Shown here piece after piece: positions 32,764 through 38,026 of a stretch of DNA of 38,026 nt. The position numbers and the translations under genes were made by a program. Position 1 is the first letter of the stretch; each line of letters begins with the position of its first letter. The DNA is from a virus, in IMG/VR virus record IMGVR_UViG_3300029267_002855, positions 1-38,026 of that record; one strand, given 5' to 3'. The notes under the pieces were generated by a model. That model saw only the letters and a program-made list of their open reading frames with translations, was not told where the DNA came from and searched no databases.

Positions 32764-33296
32764 TTTTTGTCCCCATAGCTATCAAAGTGCACATGCACCT
32801 CGGTTTCTTTTTTCTCATCACGTTTATTACGAAGCTCAGCCTTCCTACGATCAGCTTCATCCCAGTCCTCACTATACTTAAAGAGGGTGTGCTTAAGTGT
32901 ATTAGCGTCATAGTCTTTAAGTATCTCTTCACGTCTAAGACCTAAAAGATCAAGGCATCGTTCATGCATCATTTGAAAGTATTCATTTTTAGCGAGCCAG
33001 TTACGATACATCTGCCTAGTTACTCCTCGCTTTATCCTATATTTGTGTATGTGGCAGCAGCTCTCATCTTTTTTCATAAAGGCAAACTGCTCATCTGCAA
33101 AGTTTTCAATAATCTTATCTGTCACAGCCCCCTTATTACCAAATTCCAAGTAAAAGTCTTCAATCTCTTTTTTAAATTCCCTAACCTTGCCCTTTTTAGG
33201 TTCGTCATTTGATCCAAGGGTCAATTTTGTCTTATTCTTGATAGTAGATTTACTTGACTTCCTCGATTTAACTGACTTACATATTTTTTTAGCCAT
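32760..33296 (-). CDS. HTH DNA-binding protein, small-terminase-like pattern
   Basis: Start moved to M15 (AGGAG, then 5 nt, then ATG at 33296). Basic N-terminus. IKRGVTRQMYRNWLAKNEYFQMMHERCLDLLG resembles the HTH plus 'W...peF' pattern of some TerS families. The C-terminus is a charged coiled coil. Confidence 0.35.
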   Translation of the reverse strand: MAKKICKSVKSRKSSKSTIKNKTKLTLGSNDEPKKGKVREFKKEIEDFYLEFGNKGAVTDKIIENFADEQFAFMKKDESCCHIHKYRIKRGVTRQMYRNWLAKNEYFQMMHERCLDLLGLRREEILKDYDANTLKHTLFKYSEDWDEADRRKAELRNKRDEKKETEVHVHFDSYGDKK

Positions 33297-33304
33297 GATT
33301 ACTC

Positions 33305-33619
33305 CTAACAACAAAACTCTTTGTCTACTTGATCCCACTCATATATCATACTGCTACCTCCCTCATGTGTGCGAATCAATATAATTTCACATGGGTATTC
33401 CCAATCAATAGAGTCAAATACATCCATAAAGGCATTGAAATCAAGATGGTTGATCCCAACAGCATATAGGCAATTATTTAATCCTCTACCAGGAATATAG
33501 TCCTCAAGGTCAACAAGCTTAAGGGCCCTTATAGATCTAAGATATTCATTAAGTTTCAATATATTTTTTTTATCTTCAATAAGTGATGTCATCAAGGTTA
33601 ATGAAGTTACGTGACTCAT
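33305..33619 (-). CDS. Hypothetical early protein (104 aa)
   Basis: ORF with an ATGA-type overlap with the upstream gene. Confidence 0.5.
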   Translation of the reverse strand: MSHVTSLTLMTSLIEDKKNILKLNEYLRSIRALKLVDLEDYIPGRGLNNCLYAVGINHLDFNAFMDVFDSIDWEYPCEIILIRTHEGGSSMIYEWDQVDKEFCC

Positions 33620-33990
33620 GATTGCTCCTTAAACACATGTCGTTTAATAGTGATTTCCACTCTAGGTTCTTTAACATAATACTTATTTAAAGTTAAGTTA
33701 TGAATCAAAGATTCCTTTTGGTAAATCCTACCTATAGCAATGTTATTAATAAACCTAAAGAGGTGGATTAGTTTAGCTTTACGCACCTCCTGATTCATTG
33801 GCATATAAAACTTCACATTAATATCTATTGGATCTTTAATTATTTTTTCATCACCAAATTGATTCTCAAGTGTAACGAGATATCTTATTCGACTCTCAGA
33901 GTAATTACTTGAAACCATATGGTACCTATCATTTTCCTTAAAACAGCTAAATGGAACACCGGGGATGTAAAATTTATATCTCTTTTTCAT
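33616..33990 (-). CDS. RusA-like topology protein lacking the canonical acidic triad
   Basis: 124 aa. YKFYIPGVP..., PIDINVKFYMP..., ...PRVEITI are collinear with E. coli RusA (YSITLPWPP, PVKIRIECHMP, GRLELTI). The positions of the D-x-D and later D are K/K and K-E. Confidence 0.3.
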   Translation of the reverse strand: MKKRYKFYIPGVPFSCFKENDRYHMVSSNYSESRIRYLVTLENQFGDEKIIKDPIDINVKFYMPMNQEVRKAKLIHLFRFINNIAIGRIYQKESLIHNLTLNKYYVKEPRVEITIKRHVFKEQS

Positions 33991-34012
33991 AAGTTCCCCT
34001 GAAAAATATACA

Positions 34013-34594
34013 TTATTGTTCGTTTTTTACCCTGATATTTAACCCTGCAAGCACACTACCTATACCTTGGAAGCCGCCACGACGGGGCTGAGGAACCGGT
34101 TTGGGTTCCTCAACCTTGTCATCGCGGAAAAAAGGAGAGTAGTAATGAAGCATTTTGTTAAGAGGCTTATAAGCCCTTTGAATCGGTGTAGTAACTATGG
34201 ATAGCAATTTCTTACATGAAAAAGCTAGTAGAGTAATATTTGGTATAAAGTTTTTCAGTGCTCGCTTGATCTTTAAGTCCCTAAAGAAGTCATGCATAAA
34301 ATATACTGAGGTGTTGTAGTCCCTAAATATCTTGCAAACCACCCCCAGTTTACAAATTTTACTCATAATCCTATTGATTTGTCGTCTTGTTAATTTTGTC
34401 CACTTAGCAATTGTCGTTTGGGATACGTGTGTAGATTTATATTTAGCACAAAGGAAACAGATGATATCTATAACCTCTAAATCACTCTTGTTTAGCTTAT
34501 TAAACTCAGATTGAGGGTTAGTTTTCATCTCTAAACTTAAATCATTTATAATTGTATGCTTGTGTTTTATTGCATCTTTGCTTATCTTAATCAT
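34013..34594 (-). CDS. Winged-HTH protein, first gene of the leftward unit (replication initiator or regulator candidate)
   Basis: 193 aa. HTH VSQTTIAKWTKLTRRQINRIMSKICKLGVV. It is the first gene downstream of the leftward promoter and next to the palindrome/iteron region. Confidence 0.4.
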   Translation of the reverse strand: MIKISKDAIKHKHTIINDLSLEMKTNPQSEFNKLNKSDLEVIDIICFLCAKYKSTHVSQTTIAKWTKLTRRQINRIMSKICKLGVVCKIFRDYNTSVYFMHDFFRDLKIKRALKNFIPNITLLAFSCKKLLSIVTTPIQRAYKPLNKMLHYYSPFFRDDKVEEPKPVPQPRRGGFQGIGSVLAGLNIRVKNEQ

Positions 34595-34839
34595 GAATTA
34601 CTCGATTCAATATTTGGTGTTTGCTTCTCATAGTAAGCACCTCTTTTTTTAGTAGAAATTACACTCTTTACCAAATTTCAATAATCAGAGTCTATCATTT
34701 AAGTTTGTCATTTTTAAGTTTCCATTTTAGTTTGATACTACAAAGTTGTTTCACGGTTGTCTCGTGGTGCTGACTCCTTTTTTTTTGTTTGGATGCTCCT
34801 ACTGGGGGCATCCATATTATATTTCAAGCTTCTGTATAT

Positions 34840-34868
34840 ATAGTATCATACTTTTTAAACAATGTCAA
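34840..34868 (-). promoter_or_regulatory. Leftward sigma70-type promoter, TTGACA-N17-TACTAT
   Basis: Minus strand: cTTGACAttgtttaaaaagtatgaTACTAT. It shares the 12-nt core CTTGACATTGTT with the rightward promoter. Confidence 0.7.
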
Positions 34869-35087
34869 GGACTTTTTTAAATATTTTTTGCATCAAGAGT
34901 AAAAATAAAGTTAGATTCAAATTTAAACACAGAGCAAAGATTTTTTAAAAATTGAGTAACTTATCGTCTCGATATATATACGTATCTTATATTTGAAGTT
35001 TGATATAAATCCATGAATCTTAAAGTGGTAGATCTATTGTAATTTGATTAACGAATATCCTCTTTAAGGTCTTAAGTATTTTTAACT

Positions 35088-35125
35088 CAACTGTCTACAA
35101 GTTGTCGACAGTTTGTAGACAACTG
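35088..35125. promoter_or_regulatory. Interlocked inverted repeats around a TGTCGACA palindrome
   Basis: AACTGTC (35089..35095) pairs with GACAGTT (35107..35113). GTCTACAA (35093..35100) pairs with TTGTAGAC (35113..35120). The centre is TGTCGACA (35103..35110). CAACTG occurs at both edges. Confidence 0.75.
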
Positions 35126-35128
35126 CCT

Positions 35129-35171
35129 CGTACGTGTACACGTGTGTACGTGCGCGCGCACGCACGTGCGC
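35129..35171. repeat. 43-nt perfectly alternating pyrimidine-purine, GC-rich tract containing three palindromes
   Basis: The tract cgtacgtgtacacgtgtgtacgtgcgcgcgcacgcacgtgcgc alternates Y-R at every position. It contains ACGTGTACACGT (35132..35143), GTGCGCGCGCAC (35150..35161) and GCACGTGC (35162..35169). Confidence 0.9.
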
Positions 35172-35232
35172 CCAGTGTAACTCTCTCACTTCTACAAAGA
35201 GTAACTCTTCCTAAATACGGTTACACACTTAC

Positions 35233-35287
35233 AAAGATATACTCTAAGTAAAAGAGATATACATATAAGAGAGATATATATATATAT
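35233..35287. repeat. Three iteron-like direct repeats (A/G)A(A/G)AGATATA(C/T), ending in an (AT)7 tract
   Basis: AGATATAC occurs at 35235 and 35255, and AGATATAT at 35272 (spacing 20 and 17 nt). The atatatatatatat tract spans 35274..35287. GTAACTCT also occurs twice, at 35177 and 35201. Confidence 0.6.
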
Positions 35288-35372
35288 TCTTTAATACTAT
35301 TGTGAGACATTTTGCTTCTTATTATCCTCCCACTGCTCAATACCACTAATTTAAAATATTTATAAAAAAGAC

Positions 35373-35401
35373 TTGACATTGTTATATAGTTATGTTATAG
35401 T
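35373..35401 (+). promoter_or_regulatory. Rightward sigma70-type promoter, TTGACA-N17-TATAGT
   Basis: Read directly. It lies 47 nt upstream of the first ATG of the rightward unit. Confidence 0.75.
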
Positions 35402-35447
35402 GTGGTCAGTTAGTTGAAATAGTTTAAACAGATATAACTCAAAGGAT

Positions 35448-35828
35448 ATGAATATGAGTTTAATCGAAGATATCAAATTACAGATATCAGCTTATGATAA
35501 ATTGATAAATGATCTTGTAAATAAAAACGCAAGTGACAGAGTCATAGGTGATCTAGAGATGAAGCGTCAAAAACTTATTCAAAGACGCAACAAACTTGAA
35601 AAACAAGATAAAAAAATTATATCTAATGATGGAGATAAAGATAAAGAGATCATAATGCTTAAAAAGCAATGTGAGATGCTTTATGATGTTGCCCAAGCAT
35701 TACTCGAACTTACATATTGCTCTAAGTGTGAGCATGATATCACCGGAGACCAGGCTTACTACGTAGACGAGCTAGCCAAAGACAAATATGATAATGCTGA
35801 CTTACTAGATGAACTAAACTTAATATAA
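35448..35828 (+). CDS. Coiled-coil protein, first gene of the rightward unit
   Basis: 126-aa ORF. The RBS AAGGA fits the second ATG (35454) better. Charged heptad-like composition. Confidence 0.55.
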   Translation: MNMSLIEDIKLQISAYDKLINDLVNKNASDRVIGDLEMKRQKLIQRRNKLEKQDKKIISNDGDKDKEIIMLKKQCEMLYDVAQALLELTYCSKCEHDITGDQAYYVDELAKDKYDNADLLDELNLI

Positions 35829-35838
35829 GGGTAATAAT

Positions 35839-36648
35839 ATGGAAATTAATAAAGCTGAACTTATTGAACTTATAAATGCTGTTATGGATGCTAGAGATAA
35901 TGTTAAAGACATTAAAAAAGATCCAATGGGTAAACTTGAAAGCGACTCTCTCGATAAACTCGCCCCTGCGTTATGCAAGATGCAGGGGGAGTTTACAACA
36001 GTAATACCAACTAAGACTAATCCTAGATTCAAAAGTAAATATGCTGACTATGATGATATTTTAAAGATGGCAAGACCACACCTCGCAGCTAACGGCTTCT
36101 CTATTCACTCTAAAGAGGAAGAGCATGACGGAGTAAGATACATCAGGACTAAACTACTTCATAGCAGCCAACAATATATATCATCTTTTGTAAGAGTTAT
36201 AGAGGATAAAAATAATAAAACTGACATACAGGCATACGGTAGCGGTGTATCATATCATAAACGCTACTCATTACAATCAATACTCGGAGTCTCTATAAAT
36301 GATGACGTCATAGAAAACGACGGCAACCCACCTGAGAAGACAAATGCAACCAATAAGCAAAATCATAAAAAAACTACTCATAAAACTTCTAACCAATCAC
36401 AAGGCCAACAAAAACAACCACAGAACAAAGATTATAAGCCAAGCAAACCAAAACCTCCAGCAGGAGTCCCGCTTTTAACTGAGGGCGAGATTAAGTTTAT
36501 AAACGATGAACTTAATGGACATCCTGATATACGATATACACTTATGACGGAGGTACTGGAAGATATAACCCTTGAGCAATGCCCCAAGGAGGCCTTTGAC
36601 CACATAGTGAGTTATATCAATAAACAAAAGAGTAAAAAAAAGACTTGA
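35839..36648 (+). CDS. erf: Erf-family single-strand annealing protein
   Basis: LAPALCKMQGEFTTVIPTKTNPRFKSKYADYDDILKMARPHLAANGFSI and QAYGSGVSYHKRYSLQSILGV match the ERF pattern. The tail is low-complexity and basic/Q-rich. Confidence 0.85.
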   Translation: MEINKAELIELINAVMDARDNVKDIKKDPMGKLESDSLDKLAPALCKMQGEFTTVIPTKTNPRFKSKYADYDDILKMARPHLAANGFSIHSKEEEHDGVRYIRTKLLHSSQQYISSFVRVIEDKNNKTDIQAYGSGVSYHKRYSLQSILGVSINDDVIENDGNPPEKTNATNKQNHKKTTHKTSNQSQGQQKQPQNKDYKPSKPKPPAGVPLLTEGEIKFINDELNGHPDIRYTLMTEVLEDITLEQCPKEAFDHIVSYINKQKSKKKT

Positions 36649-36657
36649 TTCATATCC

Positions 36658-36684
36658 GGGGCGTTGCCTCAGCGGTAGCGCCCT
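36658..36684 (+). other. GC-rich 10-11 bp stem-loop between erf and the next gene (no U tract)
   Basis: GGGGCGTTGCC-tcagc-GGTAGCGCCCT, including G:U pairs. It is followed by ataagttcaAGGAGtcataATG. Confidence 0.5.
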
Positions 36685-36703
36685 ATAAGTTCAAGGAGTC
36701 ATA

Positions 36704-37138
36704 ATGACTGAGTATAAAAAAATTGTAATAGAGGTTGGCAATAGAGACACGTTGGTGATCAAGGGTGATTTTAAAGCGAGAACTTATCATTGCCTTGAAG
36801 AGACTGCATATTTCGGATTCGATAAGCACACAGCTTTAGCAGTAGCAGAGCAACTATATAAATATTATCAATCCAAAAACAAGGAGGATGATGAAATTAT
36901 TAGAGACACACTCAAAGAGACCGCAACACCTATGTTTGCAGTAATAGACAAAGACCATACAATTCAAAAACAAGTAAATGAAATTAAAGAGATGCTAGAG
37001 CGTGAAAAAGATCAAATACCTCTCCTATATTGCAGAACAATATTTGCAGAGAGCGAGGATAAGATTATACAACTAGCCTTGAAGTGCCTAAAAGCTTATG
37101 CATTAAAACAATTAGTTACACGAGAGAGTGAACAATGA
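36704..37138 (+). CDS. Hypothetical protein (144 aa)
   Basis: ORF with AGGAG, then 6 nt, then ATG. No motif recognised. Confidence 0.55.
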   Translation: MTEYKKIVIEVGNRDTLVIKGDFKARTYHCLEETAYFGFDKHTALAVAEQLYKYYQSKNKEDDEIIRDTLKETATPMFAVIDKDHTIQKQVNEIKEMLEREKDQIPLLYCRTIFAESEDKIIQLALKCLKAYALKQLVTRESEQ

Positions 37139-37227
37139 ATAAATTTATTATACTCACTGAGTTTATTATTGGAGTTGTATTTGGTTACTATCTATATAAA
37201 ACATGGAAATTTTGGAGATCACGATGA
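37135..37227 (+). CDS. Small TM peptide (30 aa)
   Basis: Not in the ORF track. An ATGA overlap couples it to the upstream stop. Sequence: MNKFIILTEFIIGVVFGYYLYKTWKFWRSR. Confidence 0.4.
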   Translation: MNKFIILTEFIIGVVFGYYLYKTWKFWRSR

Positions 37228-37290
37228 ATAAATTAAAAATTACTACAGTTTCTTCTTAGCTCGTTAAAACTGTAATTGCTTTTTCCATTG

Positions 37291-37326
37291 CCCCTCCCCT
37301 ACGGAACTCCCTGGGAGGGGTTTTTT
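37291..37326 (+). terminator. Rho-independent terminator of the rightward unit
   Basis: CCCCTCCC-14 nt-GGGAGGGG followed by TTTTTT. Confidence 0.85.
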
Positions 37327-37332
37327 AGGGGG

Positions 37333-37365
37333 ACAAAAACCAGTCCGTGACATTTTGTCACGGAT
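37333..37365 (-). terminator. Rho-independent terminator of the leftward (structural) unit
   Basis: TCCGTGACA-aaaa-TGTCACGGA on the minus strand, followed by ctggTTTTTg. It lies face-to-face with the plus-strand terminator. Confidence 0.8.
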
Positions 37366-37372
37366 TGAATTG

Positions 37373-37669
37373 TTAGACTTTTGCTTCCTCGTCCAATGCT
37401 TTTTGATCTTTGTAGTCTTCTCTAGCAAATATTAACTCTGCAAACACATCAGGGTCAGTAGGAATAGACTCTGCTCCTTCAGCAATTAAAACAGGAGTCC
37501 ACTTATCCCGTAGTCTCTTGTAGCATTGTTCATACTTATGCATTAATAGCCACGCTATACGCTCTTTATATTTTTCCTCAAACACATCTGATGATGTTTC
37601 AGTCTGTAAGACTTTTTTTTGAATCTCTGTAAGTGTTATTAACTCTTTATCGTTTACCGAAACTTTCAT
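37373..37669 (-). CDS. Last gene of the leftward unit, acidic 98-aa protein (fibre chaperone/assembly candidate by position only)
   Basis: ORF 9 nt downstream of C1q-like paralog 3. No motif recognised. Confidence 0.5.
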   Translation of the reverse strand: MKVSVNDKELITLTEIQKKVLQTETSSDVFEEKYKERIAWLLMHKYEQCYKRLRDKWTPVLIAEGAESIPTDPDVFAELIFAREDYKDQKALDEEAKV

Positions 37670-37678
37670 ATCGCTCCT

Positions 37679-38026
37679 TTATGATACCATATATATACCC
37701 AACCTAGTCCTTGTCGTACTAGAGGGAACATCCACAACTTTTGTTCCACCAGAAATCGTCAATTTAATTGTTAACGTATCACTCTGGTCCATATCTACAA
37801 AACAACAACCCTTTAATGTAATAGGATTACTTACCGCAGCTCTTACTATTGAATACGGATTAACATAACTTAACAAATAAGTCCTATTGCTCGTTACACA
37901 TTCAAACGTAGATGAGGTATGCGATGATGTGAGGAATTGCGGTTGAACACTTGCTTCAACAAAATACCGAGCTGTAACAGGCGCTGTGAAAGTATATGTG
38001 CCAGTATTAAAGTCACTATTTTGATC
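37679..38026 (-). CDS. C1q/TNF-like knob protein, paralog 3, C-terminal part (37883..38026 duplicates 1..144)
   Basis: The frame is continuous with 456..1. TSNRTYLLSYVNPY...FVDMDQSDTLTIKLTISGGTKVVDV parallels TSNRTF..ADMDASDTA..GGSKVVDI in the paralogs. The 'M' at 37876 in the track is an internal TTG (Leu). Confidence 0.85.
   Translation of the reverse strand, partial: DQNSDFNTGTYTFTAPVTARYFVEASVQPQFLTSSHTSSTFECVTSNRTYLLSYVNPYSIVRAAVSNPITLKGCCFVDMDQSDTLTIKLTISGGTKVVDVPSSTTRTRLGIYMVS
37883..38026. repeat. Window-terminal direct repeat, copy 2 (identical to 1..144)
   Basis: See copy 1. Confidence 0.95.

Noticed and set aside
36656-36700. The sequence ggggcgttgcctcagcggtagcgccc as a tRNA fragment or attP core.
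   Set aside because: The tcagcggtag stretch resembles a D loop, but there is no T arm or acceptor partner. The region folds better as a simple 10-11 bp hairpin. No integrase is present.
1-38026. Alternative genetic code (TGA or TAG recoding).
   Set aside because: ORFs of up to 3.2 kb are open in the standard code. All three stop codons terminate well-delimited genes, and Trp is encoded by TGG. There is no sign of recoding.
1-38026. A CRISPR array, retron, integrase/att or other mobile-element boundaries.
   Set aside because: No array of short, regularly spaced repeats was seen. No RT or recombinase motifs were found. The only long repeats are the end overlap and in-gene duplications.

Overview
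The window appears to be a complete, closed phage genome. Bases 1..144 are identical to 37883..38026, and a minus-strand gene reads through that junction, so the unique length is 37,882 bp. The sequence is AT-rich.

Layout: an 853-bp non-coding hub (34595..35447) carries two divergent near-consensus sigma70-type promoters. The short rightward unit (35448..37227) encodes an Erf-type recombinase and small proteins and ends at a terminator. The leftward unit runs about 34.6 kb. It contains small early genes, a tRNA-Glu plus an aberrant tRNA-like element, two zinc-ribbon proteins, terL, a PD-(D/E)xK nuclease, a P22-like portal, scaffold and an N4-gp56/HK97-like capsid. It continues with adaptor, nozzle, four Q-rich glycine-zipper internal (ejection) proteins, and a roughly 9.5-kb block of fibre/knob genes. 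It crosses the window junction and ends at a terminator facing the rightward one. The order is podovirus-like (P22/T7 style).

Two opposite-strand insertions interrupt the structural operon: a 4-gene island at 24499..25825 (secreted protein, lipoprotein, two RHH-like proteins) and a single gene at 17013..17471.

By eye I found no DNA/RNA polymerase, primase, helicase, integrase, reverse transcriptase, CRISPR array or recognisable muralytic enzyme.

Most notable:
- A multi-fibre arsenal built from two triplicated distal-domain families, including three tandem C1q/TNF-like paralogs.
- A 57-codon N-terminal module shared by two fibres, with 26 synonymous and 0 amino-acid differences.
- A GC-rich palindrome cluster with a 43-nt perfectly alternating pyrimidine-purine tract in the control hub.
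- The opposite-strand RHH/lipoprotein island.

All functional calls come from reading motifs and gene order. No searches were run, and host and taxonomy cannot be assigned from the sequence alone.
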